64,000 nt of DNA, taken from the NCBI RefSeq assembly GCF_009914755.1, contig NC_060942.1; one strand, given 5' to 3'. The notes under the pieces were generated by a model. That model had not been told where the DNA came from. It saw only the letters and a program-made list of their open reading frames with translations, and made no database searches. Positions 1 through 17,100 of this stretch are shown in pieces. The position numbers and the translations under genes were made by a program. This stretch comes from the human T2T-CHM13v2.0 reference genome, Homo sapiens. Within the stretch, counting starts at the first letter, position 1. Every line of letters begins with the position of its first letter.

Positions 1-3000
1 GATAGCGTAGTATGGACCCTTTTGAAATTTTTGTATAGTACTTTAATCTTAACTGTCTTCTGCTGAACTTCATTTGAAAATCCAGTGCAGGATACCAATA
101 TCTTACCTGGGTTTGATAATTACAAAACAACAACAATAAAAAACACACTAAAAAGGCCACATTCCCTTTTTTTCTTTTTTAATGGGGATACAACCCAATT
201 AATATGGATAGGTGCAGATTATGTTTCTCCACCAAGCAAAACCTAGCGAGCAGCTTTCAGTGGCCGTTAGAATTTTCACTTATTTCCAAAGGGAATTCAA
301 CAATAGAGGTATTGCATTACTGAGTAATGAATACATCAAAGCTGGTGAACAATAAATTGCAGCTTTTACTCTGAGTGAGAACAAAATATAAAGCACCAAT
401 TTAAAAAATAATCAAATGACTACAATTTACTTTTTTGCTTTGTTTACAGATTTGAAAAACTTTAATTCAGCTCTATTAAGCACCTTTATGATAACATGTA
501 TCAAAAGTGCCATTCTTAAAATGTACATCAATGCAGGGAGTGTTTCCAGTTCCCTAAAGAGTAAACACCGTATTTTCTTCTGTACACTTATCCTGAATGT
601 GATCAGAGTATACCTGCTTCCTATATAATATTGTTCCTAGGGATACCCGCCTTGGTAGACTATACAAAATGAGTGCAGAATGTACCACTAAAAGGAAATC
701 TTTAACATACGGAGGGAACAAATACACATGGTTTTCATTATTCAGGGAGGAGGAGAGAGTATACATTATTGTCTTCCATGTCCTTCTCTGAGCCTCTTTG
801 TTCATACATTTCACAGGAAAGCCCCAAAATAACTTTTCATGAAGTTTGATTTCTGCTATTCTCCTAAGGTTTTAATCCACCTCCACATTTTAGGAACTTA
901 TCAACAAATCAAAGTTATTTTAGTTTTATCGCTACTGAACATATTTACAGTTTTTCAACACACACACAGCTAATCAAAATGTTTATGGGTTTGTAAAAGA
1001 TGACCACGTGGTAACTATCTTATTTGTTCTTACATTTTCAGAAATGAACATAAAATTCTGATTCTTGTAGCTATTTCATTTAAATGAGACTTCTTTTTAA
1101 ACCACAGTTTTTAAAAAAAAACAAAAACTGATACAATGTATTAAAACACATAATAACAAGAGTCTACATGTAAAAATATAACTTTTACATACACAATTTC
1201 AAAATAATGATACGTTTGCCATTTGTTGCATAAAATTTACAAATGTATTTCATTACTATATAACTGGCAAAACAGGAGAACAGATGGAACATTTAGACCA
1301 TTTCAATGGATTTATGGCATTTACTCAGTGCTGATAGGTGGAAAAACTACTTGAACAGGGATTTTTTTTTTTCTTAATACATGCCAAGAATTGTGTGGCT
1401 GTAAAAATAGAAACAAGTTAGAGACAAAAGGATGCTGACAAATACTTAACTAGGAGCACTATTTGTTTACTGCACTATACACCAAAGTCAATCATTATAA
1501 AGATTCACGATGGAAGTTGGTTCAATTGTGCCCAGACGTCAAAGCTAGCTATCTGATGAGTCGCTGTGCCATAGCTTGATCTATGTTTCTATCAAATATG
1601 GTAAGTATAAACTTCATTCATACTGGCCAGAGAAATACTGCACTACCCCTCCTCAAAAAAGTGCAACTTAATGCTTTAGGACTTATAAGGCTTGTTATAA
1701 TGCTGCATGATGATTGAATATTGGCATTTTTCAGACGAAGGAGGAGGCAGTTAAGTCATCTACATTTTAGTAAACCCATTTTGAAAAAAAAAATCAAGAA
1801 AGCAACAAAATCAATCAGCTCTGTCACACTACTTGCAATTTTCTCATTTGACGGTTTTTGAACTTTACTTGTTTTTTTTGTTTTTGTTTTTTTCCAAAAA
1901 TCTGACCATGTATTCAGAAACGCCTCACTGCACACTACTTCGGCTACACAGGTAGGTAACACTTTAATCATTTTGTTAAATCACAGCCACTTTGATTATG
2001 TTATGTTTCCGATGATATAAACATTGGAAGGCACAGTGGTAACATTGTAGCATTCTAACCTTGTACCTCTGAAAATCCCAGAATAGGTTCACAAACGCAA
2101 CATTACAATTCAGACAAACTCTTTTTGCCATGTCTTGGTAATGCTGCTTGTAATATCTACACATGATGTGACTTTTAAGTCCTGTGTTCCCAAAAGACTG
2201 GAGAAACAACTTTCTACTTATTTATGAATGAGAAGCAACATCAGGGTCAGCATTTCATCCTGCACTACCCCTCTGGAAGCAGAGTTGGCACTACAGGTTA
2301 CGATAACAAACCAGGGAAAGGGACAGAAATAAGACCAAAAAAAAAAAAATCCATATTTACAGTAAAATCTTTCTTTTAAAAAAGTTAATCAGTACTATTT
2401 TTTTACAGGAGAAAAAAGTCTGAAACAAATGAACAAAAGCTTACCATAGTCACTAAATTTTTAATATATATTTATATATATATTTATATATATATTTGTC
2501 ATAGGTCTATAAGATCCATCTGTTCCTCCTACCCTAAGGAATGGCTAATGTCATCACTTCGTTGTCATCAGGACGTTTGCTGGTTTTGTTACTAGGGCAG
2601 CCGAGCTTCCCCTAATTCAATATCCAGTAATTATAAACACTAGCTGACTTGAATACCAACAAAAACGTTCATGTAGTTTTCTTCAGAAGTACACTTTTTC
2701 ATTATTGCAAGTTTACAATTTTTTTTAAATTAAATATTTTTTTTTCAGACTTACAAATTAATTATATTTTTTTTTTCCAAAAGAAGTTTAGGCACAAATG
2801 CATTGTTCCACAGTGTGGAAAGATTGCCGTTCAGTCTCTGGGCTGTGTCTCAGCCTGTACATACTGCTTTGCACATTCTGAATGATATGTTAAAGAAAGT
2901 CGTCCCTCAAGTTGCACTTTTTTCTTTCTTTTTTTTGTTTTTCTGTTTTTTGATAATTGGGAATGCTGAAACCTCTTGCGTCTGCGATTCATAACTACTC

Positions 3001-3118
3001 AGACTTGTCTTATATTACAAAAATGGGGGTTAAGGAGAAGTGTTTATGTGGGTTTAAGATAATACAGCTGTTAAGGAAGTGGTCTCTTGTTTTAATGAAG
3101 CAATGTGGCAACTTGGAC
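1..3118 (-). other. TCF4: TCF4 last (non-coding) exon / long 3'UTR, continues beyond window start
   Basis: Acceptor ttttcctttctcAG|GTCCAAGTTGCC at 3119/3118. AU-rich, free of recognisable interspersed repeats, and matches my recollection of the TCF4 mRNA 3'UTR start. Confidence 0.93.
2464..2495. repeat. (TA)n-like low-complexity tract in 3'UTR
   Basis: atatatatttatatatatatttatatatatat. Confidence 0.85.
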
Positions 3119-3312
3119 CTGAGAAAGGAAAAAAGAGAGAAAAAATTCATTAATATATTTGTAACAGAAAAAGTATGCTTTTTTTAAAAAAAATTCTTTT
3201 TCCATGAAAGAAAATATCTGTCAATTTGGGTGAAATTCACTTTTATGGCTGATACACTGATGAGAGTTTTGAATGATCGATCTCAGAAATGGCTGAAAAC
3301 AAACTTGCCCTT

Positions 3313-3459
<147 letters not shown>

Positions 3460-3902
3460 TTAAAGCACAGAACCTTTGTTTAATGCTGAGGCTTCTGGCA
3501 GAGGGCAGCAATGCACTCTTCTTGCGTGTCTGACCTTTTTCTCAGTGTTTATATTACAGAACAAAAGGAACAGTTACTAAGTACTGTGGCAATCCATTTG
3601 GTCAGTCACTAGTAAAAGGTGAACTGCATGTGAGTGTGTACAGCCACTTTACAGTAAGCAAAGGTTGGTAAAGCAAATAAACTAAGCTCAAATTACTGAA
3701 AGGATATAGGGAAAGTTGCAATATAATCTTAGTTATAAGAGAATCCCACAACTTAATTACAGGAGAAAGGGATGCTGCCTTATGGATTTAGACACAGTCT
3801 GCAATGGAAACAATTCTTTGGAATGATGCTTGAAAGTCTACTGTCTGCCACTGCTCAAGACTGGCGTGCCCATCTCAGCTTGTGCCTGCCACAAGCTCCT
3901 CA

Positions 3903-4478
<576 letters not shown>

Positions 4479-5002
4479 TCAATGGGGTTACACTCTGCAA
4501 AGCAGGCATTCACCAACTTACGCCTAGCATATGTTGCATAACCACGCTTCAAAAAGACTTTATGTTTATACTTTATTTTTTAAATATATATAAAACCTTT
4601 CATACCGTGACATCTGAAATCTAGGGGAAACAAGTAATTGAAAAATGATTTTGATAGGTCAAAAAAATACAAGGCAGCTTAACAGGAGTAAGAAGAAAGG
4701 CCTATATGTAAGACACCAGAGCAATGGGAGTGAAGACAGTGAGGCTTTTATTCAGGTGTCCCCATTACCTTGCTTTGAAGGCCTGGTCAACCCACTATGT
4801 GAGTCTCATTTTCTCTATGTATTAAACAAAAAGTTACAAAAACATGACTTCCATGGTCTTTAATCTTATAGATGTTTATGATCCACAGAACAAGTTTGGG
4901 AAACCTGAACTGATATCAGTCATGCAAAACGATTCAACAAACCAAACACCTGCAGCTTATGAATGACCATGACCTCATTGTGAGTCAAAAATGAAGCCAG
5001 AA

Positions 5003-5256
5003 AGCTGGGTGCAGTGGCTCATGCCTATAACCCCAGCCTGGACGATATAGTGAGACCTCGTCTCTACAAAAAATAAAAAAAAATTAGCTGGGCACAGTGA
5101 TGCACACCTGCGGTCTCAGCTACTCAGGAGGCTGAGGTGGGAGGCTCACTTGAATCTAGGAGGTGGAGGCTACAGTGAGATGTGATCAGGCCACTGCACT
5201 CCAGCCTGGGCAACACAGCCAGACTCTGTCTCTTACAAAAAAAAAAAAAAAAAAAA
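5003..5256 (+). mobile_element. Alu (AluJ-like) with internal left-arm deletion
   Basis: Alu 5' start, jump at cccagc|ctgg, A-rich linker, right arm, poly(A). Flanking aagccagaaa/aagccaaaag is TSD-like. Confidence 0.9.
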
Positions 5257-5374
5257 AGCCAAAAGGTAATTTCTAATTGTGAAAACCAAAATATTCCATG
5301 ATTCATAACAAATGCATGGCCGGGCCCAGAATAGTCTGAAAAGATAAGATCGGTTCTGTCCATTTCTGAGTGTT

Positions 5375-5790
5375 ACAGTGACAAATTAGAAACTTTTGAA
5401 TGGAAGGCAAAGAGGATGATGAGCCACCTGGAAAGCATATCATATGAGGAAGTCGTCACAGCAGCAGGGTTCAAATATTCCAAGGGCTGTCATGTAAAAA
5501 AGAGAAGTGTGCACGACGTCTTGTCTCAAGAAGGCAGAGCAGCACGTGCTATAAAGCTCTGAATGACTATTGTGAATAAACATGAGTGAGGACTTTTGGG
5601 GGGCTTATGAGAGACACAGAAAATGAAACAAACTTCACTGAACATCAGTAGACTCCCCATCACAAGAAACTCCATGGAAGTGACTAACAATTAACCTAAA
5701 GGGTAATTTCACACATTGGAAATGTTCACAGAATAAAGATGATTAATCACAACATTTCGGAGTTGGAAGATGTGGGAAATTATCTACTCA
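5375..5790 (+). mobile_element. L3/CR1 LINE 3' fragment (ancient)
   Basis: CR1-like phrases gacaaattaga...tcatatgaggaa...ttcaaatattccaagggctgtcatg. Boundaries approximate. Confidence 0.55.
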
Positions 5791-7596
5791 ATTAAATGTA
5801 TATTTAATGAATGCTGGTTTAAAATATATGACTCTGATGTTCCATTTTGGAGAATCTCTGGGTAACTTCCAAGTGGCAATAAGGACCAATTACACTTGAG
5901 AAGCTCCAATCAATCAAAAGTGGGAGTGGTATTCTTCGGTTGCAAGTATACGTTACACATAAAGATAATGCACGTAAGTCAAGAACACTTGGGTGAAGGA
6001 GAAAAGTTAGGGGCAAGGAGGATGACACCACAGAAGGATGCTGTAAGACCAGGCTCCTCTCTCTCCATAGCGTAAGCGCCTTTCCAGATGGCACTGTCTG
6101 CCACAGGTGTGTATGGTAAACATGGAAGTCAACTGAGTCCACTGGAAAAGGCCCTCTTTCTCTGCCTTCTGCGGATCCCTCCTCTGCCCTCACCCCCAAC
6201 TGCTGCCAGTGCCAAGGAAATCAGTAATGATTAATTCACTCCTATATTCTACTATGCAAATAGGCTGTAAAAAGCAAATGAAAACAGTCTCTGCCAGGCC
6301 TGTCCGGAAGCTGAGCATTTGGGTGATATTTTTATACATCCAACAAATGCTACACCTTACACAAAGGAGACTGGAAAATAGGAACTTTTCTTCCAAAGAT
6401 TTTCAGGCTAACGACCAATTAGAATTGGTTATTCACTTACAAATAAACTAGTTATGCAAATAAAACTGCCTAGATTTGAAAAAGCACTGCCTTATAATAC
6501 AGTTTTGGAGGCATACATAAGTAAATGTCATAAGAGTGACCTTTTTAAATAAGAAGGTTCTCAACAGCGAATGAAAATGTTGTTCCAAAACTTCAAAGAA
6601 TCCATTAACATGCATAAGTTTGGCCACAATAAGTTAAATTACCAAGAACTGACTGGTCTAACACAGAAGCTGCTAAAGGTATGAAATCCCCTCCTTGGGA
6701 TTTCTTGCCAAAGTGGCCAAGAATCAGAAAAAGACAACAAGGAAGGAAAGGGGTTATCTAGAAGTATTCGGCATTTTTAAACTTGTGGCAAGACACGGAA
6801 TTTATCTCAATAATTACAACAGCAACATAAAGAGGCAGCATGTTCTTAATTCACAAAAGATTCCAGATAGAACCTTGAGAACCACAGCCTTTAGAAGGAA
6901 AGCTGTAGTCTTAGGACAATTGGTTGAATTTGTGAATAAAAACAACCTCAGGGAATTGAGGCAAAGTACACGGGTGTTGGTATTCAAAAACCATCTGATT
7001 ACCAGATTAAAGTTCAAGGAGATATAGATTTGAATTTAAAGATAGCAGATATTTAAGAAAACCAGACAGAAGCTATTTTCCTGCAGTTGTGTTTTCTGTA
7101 GAAAAGAGTGTCCAGGAAGAAAAACCATAAACAATTAAGGTATTACTCTTATATACATCAGCATGTTTAGGATAAATCTAGGAAATTATTTTCTTACTTT
7201 AGAGGTAAGAAAAGAGTTATAGTTGGCACATACATCAGTTGAGTTTTTAACATGGCTACAATCTCTTTTTAGAAATATTATAGACACAACATTTCTGACC
7301 AAATTTGTAGAATAAGTATAGTTTTACAAATAAACTGTACTTGAATCAGAGACAAATTTTTTCACTGTGTGTCATTAGCATTGGGTCCAGATTCATAAAT
7401 GCCAAAACAGTTTAGGCTCCAATAGAGTACAGGTATCTGAAACGATACTTTTAGTACTTCTAGAGTAGGCCTTTAATTTTCTTTTCAGCTGTAAATTTAC
7501 CTGCCAGGAAAAAACTGAATAGTTTCTTCCCGTTCTGTTCACTTCATCAAAGTCCAATAAAGGAATTAAATGAAGCGACAGTATTATATACTGTTA

Positions 7597-7947
<351 letters not shown>

Positions 7948-8429
7948 CTAAGGTTAAATTCTATTTTGCAATCTTTTGGAGTAGATGGTAATTTCACTGT
8001 CTACAAAACATCAACTTAATTGCAATGAAAATCATAATCATGAAAATCACACAGCCAATGTTCTGATTAAGAACCCAAGTAAATATCAGCTATTATATTG
8101 AGTTTCTTCCATATGCAATGATTTAATAGAAAAATGTCCTTAAAATATAATTCCCAGGGAGTATGCTAAATATGTGCAGTCAAGACTTCAATAGGTACCC
8201 TAATGATATTCTGAAATTAGGCTTCTCTTATTCTCAAGAAGTAATCAGCATTTTAAAATGGTACATATGGAAGGCAGTTTGCTACTCATTTTAGAAATTT
8301 CTAGCTTTATCATTGCTCAACTTTCCAAGTCACACTGCATTTTAAAACACGACCCTAATGTAGTAATTTTTTTAAAGGTAGAAGCATATCTGTCAAGTAT
8401 TCCTCTTTATTTGTAATCTGTGTATTCTA

Positions 8430-8944
<515 letters not shown>

Positions 8945-9610
8945 TCATAAAAAATGGGCAGACATACCCATACATATAATTGACACTCAGATCTGTACAA
9001 TGTTGAACAGCTGAAAAAATGCCCACATGTATTCCTGTGGCAATGTTATCATTTTTATATTAAATGTGAAGGGACTGAGAAGATGTTATCTAAGCGACTC
9101 CTAGTCAGCTGGCCAGCAATAGCCCAACTTCCTGGGGTCATGAAAAGCCGCTCGTAATCACCGGTATGAGGCAATCATTAGAGGGCTAGATGACTCAAGA
9201 GCGAAAATCATGCAACCAAGCTCCATTTTTTAAATGCACCTATATTTCCTTCCATCTTAAACAACAAAAACAATTTCCTTCCTTCCTATTCATTTGGAAA
9301 TATCATTTTCAGGCCACAACTAACCACATTAGAGGACCTGAATGAGAAAAATGTGGAAATAGCTAAAATAAAATTTCCTCTCATCAGTCTGTGGCCTCAT
9401 TCCCTGCTGATATAGGACCAGGATTTCAGAGGATGTTTGAGGAAAACAGTCCCTGGAGAAACACAATTAGCGGGCGAAGTTCTAAATACTTTGCCATTTC
9501 CTTACCATTTTTGTGCCCAATTTGATTCCTGGGTTTCTGCCAGTGCTTCTTGAGGGATGAACACCAAGAGGCTGGGTATCAACACTGGTCCTATTGTGAA
9601 AGTGAGGTCA

Positions 9611-9865
<255 letters not shown>

Positions 9866-9888
9866 TCAAAAACCATACTCCCAAACGC

Positions 9889-9907
9889 GTTTCACTAGAG
9901 GGCGCTG
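9889..9907 (+). promoter_or_regulatory. CTCF-binding motif candidate
   Basis: gtttCACTAGAGGGCGCtg closely matches the CTCF core and sits in a locally CpG-retaining patch. Confidence 0.65.
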
Positions 9908-11149
9908 AAGGACCGCACATGCACCTATAGTTCCCGGCGAAAACACTTAACACTCAGTAAGATGCCGTGCTGTACATTCAGTGACAAATATGGCAGAGTA
10001 GCTCAGGCAGGTAAAACGTCAAATTGCCTCCCAGGGTGCTGCAGTGGAGCGCACTGATTCGTACCCATCTGTCTTCTATCATGTCCGCCAACAGATCTGA
10101 CAATTATCTTAATGCCCATATGCTTAATTGTGAGCTTCTCAATTCCCCCATTGCTATCGGAAATCCTACAGGAATTTCAATTTGGCATTCGACTTTCATT
10201 TCAGGGGATAAGATTCTCAGGCCTGCCATTTTTTTTTTTCCATAATGCCAGCTAAGCCTCTGACAGCGGAAGCTACAGCAGTATGGGACACAGCCTCTGC
10301 TTGGTACAAATATAATAAAATGTCACCTGGCTTTCCAAAACTGGCAGCCCATTCCAAATTAATGTTTACTGTATTTCATCAGCTGCTGAGTTCCAAATCC
10401 AAAGGGGGATGGTTTCTGCCAATGCCACCACACCGGAAAATGTACCAATAAAGGTTTTATTAAACACACCAGTAATGCCATCATTGCCATGCAAGGAAGG
10501 ATGTTTGGACATTTTTCCATTTTTTTCCTCACTATTCTGACCCTAGAAAGACACCATATTGTAAATACTCTTTATGCTTCCAAGAATAAAATTATAGAGT
10601 ACAGCATGATTACTTCATTAAAAAAATACTGCTGAGCTTTTTATTAACTACTACTATCGACTCTGGGGTCCAGAGACATTGAACTTGTGGCACTGAGACA
10701 GCAACTGCCTACTTCATAGCACATGCCTTCAAGCGAAAACATGAAGCATTTGTCAACTAAGAGGACAATCAGTAGTTCACATTTTCTTTTCTATTTCCAA
10801 GTATTTTCTTAGCCTATGGTTAAGTGAGCATTTACACAGGACGGTGGGTCTAAAACACAAAAAATTAACCATACATTTATACTGCTATGAATCAGGTTTA
10901 TTTTTTTTTCCAGTCAAAAATATGAAACCAGAAAGGAGAATCGTCACTCTTGTGTTACCAATATATTTTAAAAGGGTATTTCCAAAGAATGCATCAACAA
11001 TAAGTATCTGAACCAACAACAAATTCACAGGACCTAATAAGCACATGCTATTTAAAGGCAGCCATGTATTAAGTATCACCTATAATATTTTGCTTTTTAC
11101 TGAAAATATATTTAAGTAATTGATCCTGAAGTATGCCATTTTTATATTC

Positions 11150-11181
11150 ATGTGTGCATGTGTGTGTGTGTGTGTGTGTGT
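11150..11181. repeat. (TG)n microsatellite
   Basis: Direct reading of the sequence. Confidence 0.9.
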
Positions 11182-12536
11182 ATGCACTCCAACTTTTTTT
11201 TAAATTTTGGGTGGAGATGATCACATAAATCATATTAATTGTTTGGATTCAAAATACAGCAAGAATAAGACAACACTTGAGGCTTATGAGCCTCAGGAAG
11301 TATAAATGAATGTTTCAGCAGAGAGATGTAGGAAGTCCAGCACTGCTCCCCGGTGCCTGTGTCGCAACACAGAACTTTCTGAATGGTGGTTATTTGGCCT
11401 CTGTGGGGTGCTTCAAATGTACTGAGACTGATATCTCCCAAAGAAGCCCATTCCATTTTTACCACAAATTGGCCTCTTTGTAGATTTCACTCACTGATTC
11501 TAGTTTCAGCTTCTAGAGCTCTGTGGCGTTAAGTACAAACCTTTTTTTTTTTTTAAACATATTCAACCCTGTTGCCTGCCACACCACTCCTTTCCTCTGT
11601 GACTGAAGTCTGCTCTCTTATAGGCAGACCACGCCCACCTGCTCCAGCAACCATTTGTAACTCACTCTCTTATATATTTTAATTTTTATTCAGAAGCATG
11701 ATAGCTATTTTCCATTGAGGTTTTGATTTGCTATTTTTATATTCATGCATTAGAAAACGGATTCAATCAATGATTATCCTTTCAATCTAAGATGTCAACT
11801 TGTAAGCATGAATTTTTACAGGCCTTGATCAAATGGTGGCTCTTTATGTCTGTCAATCAATATAAACCTAAATAATTCTTCGTGCTGATTCATATTTATT
11901 TGTATTCCCAATGGATCTAATTTCTTGAATTTCTACAAAGGATGACTCTAAGTCAAAATCACTGAAGGTAACCACAGATTTGAGCATAGAGGAGAAGTGT
12001 ACTCCTATTTCAGAATCATTAACACTCTCAAGATTTCTTTGCAAGCATCTGTGACATAACTTAAGAGTAATGTTTTGCTTTTTACTTAAAATATATTCAG
12101 TTACTGCTCCTGAAATTTTTTCCCTCTAGATCACATTGAGGTAAGTTCTCAAAAGAGAAAAAGAGAACCCATGCAATCGTACATGACAACTGGTATGTAA
12201 TAGGTACATAATAACTGCAGACAGAATCATGTGTTTTGACTGAAAATACTTGCATGTTATATAGAAATAATAGCCTGTGTAGTTCAAGAACCCCCTCAAA
12301 ACTCAAGCTATCTTCAGTTACGGTGATCTTTGTCTCTATTTTGTTAAAATCCATTTAATTTTAAATCTTTCCCCTATACAATGACTGTAAACTCTTAAAT
12401 ATTATAAATATATCTGAGGATATAGTTGTTCCAACTACATTTTTGTTTGGATTTTAGGCCCATATGTTACCTAACTCCATCTATTTTCTATAGATCATCT
12501 TAAATAATATCAATCATTTTCCATAAAGAATGTTAG

Positions 12537-14100
<1,564 letters not shown>

Positions 14101-17100
14101 TCCACATATTGACTGGTACATGTAGGTGTAAATGTCTGAGTTACATTGTATCTTAGGTCAAATTATATTCAAATTCCAACACAGCTATTTGAATTCTCCT
14201 GTGTGAATTTGTCAATGGAAATAATTAAATGTCATTAGATATGCAATAATTATTTTGAATCACGTAAGCACCATATAATTTTAAATAACCTTAGTTTCCA
14301 AGAAAGGGCTTGACAAACTGATAGAAACACTTTTAAATCACAGAACTTAGACGTCGAGGGCTTGGAGGACCTTGGTTATATATCAGTTAGGTCAAACTCT
14401 TCATTTTACAAAGAAAGCTAAGGCCAAGAATGGTGAAGTGACTTAAGATCCAACTTTCGATGCTTAGTTGGAGATCTAAAACAGATTTTGAACTCAGAAA
14501 ACTTACAACACTGAACAATTATATAGGAGAGGGGAGGAGAGTTAGGGGGCAAGATGCGTTTATTTCCCAGAGCTTTTGTTTTAAAACAGTGTGTGTGTGT
14601 GTCCATACATGTATACACACACCTAGGTACAAGCATATAACATACATATATATACGTACATATATAGATAGAGGAAAATCATTTCCTTTTTCTTTATTGC
14701 AGGGGGAAAATCATAGTTCATTAACTCAGGCCAAGGCCAAGATGTCTAACTAAATTATAAAATTTAATATTTGCCACGATCCCTCCAACATAAACAGATT
14801 TAAAAGACATGCAGATTCAAATTAGGTGGCTGTTGGCAAGGCTGTTTTTATATGGAGATGCATTCAGCATTGTGGTAAATATCCTTGTCCTTATCCTCTA
14901 GCTAACAACAAACACCACAAACAAAAAAGACATTCAATATTTTTGCTCTCTTTGTTTCCAGGGAGTATTGTGAAAGTAATTATTCTGTTGTATTTAAGAG
15001 GCCTATTTCATGGATGGGAAAATGTATTAAATTTCATTTGGCAGTTATTCAATCCTAGTTAATGTTATCTCCAGAGATAACTGCTTCAAAACAGGCTTTC
15101 AGACCTCAGTCACTTCTATTCTACCATAATCCTTCTAAAAGAGTATACAATGGGAACTTTAGGAAACTTGTCATCAGTTTCTAGACCAAGTGATAATGAC
15201 ACAAAACTGGATATACTATTATAAACATTTTGGTACATCAAAATTAAAGTTTGCTATTAATGGCATCTGGTTTCCAATTTTGGACATAGATTTTTTTGGT
15301 TTTTAGAAAGAAGAACAACAACAAAATGGGACAAAGACAGAAGTCCTGGTAACTGCAACTTACTGTTACTTTTCTCTGTTGTTTTTCCATTAACACAAAA
15401 GAAAAGCTGATGGGTTTTCACTGTAATTAGAAACCCATTGATACAGAAAACAGTTTTGGTGTCTGAACTGTAATCTCCCCATGAAATATCAATTATACAT
15501 GACAGTTGTAGAGTACTAGATTTCAGTTTCAATTATCTTGCCAGACCTCTGTCATATTAGAGGAAAGCAAACTTATTTTCTCAAATGTGCAAAACACCAT
15601 TTAGTACAAAAGTGCATCTTTTAAAGAGGTGGGAAGCGGTCATGCAAACTTTTTTAATGGCTCACAGATGGGAATTAGGAAGTTCATGGAATGGCAGCAG
15701 TAGATAGATACTGTGAGGAACAACACTAGAGGCACAGAGGCTCTGCAGAAAACAAGACCTACCTCTAATAACCACCTGTTGTGGGAGAAAGAGCTAACAT
15801 CTGGGACACTCCAACCACAAACATAATTTCCATATTTCTCAGTTTAAAAAATTATCAGATGATTTTTCTTTAGTACATGTGATTAAACCTTTAAGAGACT
15901 TTTCATTAACATCAGATCTGGATTCAATTCTTTTGTTTGGATTTTTACTTGATTCTTAACATGTATGTCGGGAGAAGATTTCATAACTGTCTTGAGAACA
16001 CCTACATTGTTTTCCAGAAACATCACAGCTTCTCTTATGTTCTGTATGAAATGTAAGGTAATTCCTTATTGTGCAATTCTTGGAGATTTATTTAATATTG
16101 ATTCTCCAGATAATAAAGTAATTTTCAAGAGGATTTAAACATGATCTAAATGATCCTGACCTTGGCAGTGCTTGTCTATCATATGATCAGCTGGGCTGAA
16201 ACTCCCCTGGATGTTCACCAAAATGGTTAAATGAATGATTCTATGATATAGTTCAAGAAATGCAAACGGATGTGAGCCGACCTCAGTTCATCTTTCTTGT
16301 ACTAACTCATACGTTCCATCTATTAAAACTGTTTCATTTCTCTCTTCTGTGTCCCACACCCTCAATTCTCGACATCATTTTCCTATACAGTGGAAACCAT
16401 AACTGGAGAGAGCTCACCTAGCGGGGACACTGGCAGATTAACAGAGCCCATTCCTCTATCTCTTCCTTGCTCCACATAGCAGGCTAGTAAGTAGATGGTA
16501 TGGAACTAAAGTTAATCCATCCTAGTGAACCAAACATATCTAGCACAGAGAATATGGTGAAGTCTAGCAATTATGTGTAAACAGCTTTTGTTTAAAGGAA
16601 AAGACAACTGGACACTTGATTTACACTTGGAATTCTGAATGCCTGAAGTGCAAGCATACCTGTGAGAGTGCACAGTCATGCTGCTGACCTCCACACAGTT
16701 TTTAGCCAGTCCAGGTGGCCCATCCCTAAGGATCCCTAGGGATTTACCATTACCCATTGGCCTTTATTTCTTAAATGCTTTTCTTGTTATTCAAGTAACA
16801 CATGCTTACTGTAATATATTTGAAAAGAGAGTAGAAGTATAAAGAAGCTCACCTAAACGAATGAACCATTTCTTCCCCATCACTTTCCAAATACTCATCT
16901 TTTAAATGCAATATTCTCTCTCCATCAGTTGATGCAATATTAAGGCTTCAGCCTGGCTCTTGCTTGCTGTATGGATCCAGTCTAAGAGGTCCACCTTGTG
17001 CTGATGCATCCTTCACCTAGACTCCCAGGACCAATGCAGTTCCCTCCTATTTTTAAATTCCTCACTATCAATGTTCAATTACCTACGCATGGCCTCTCAT

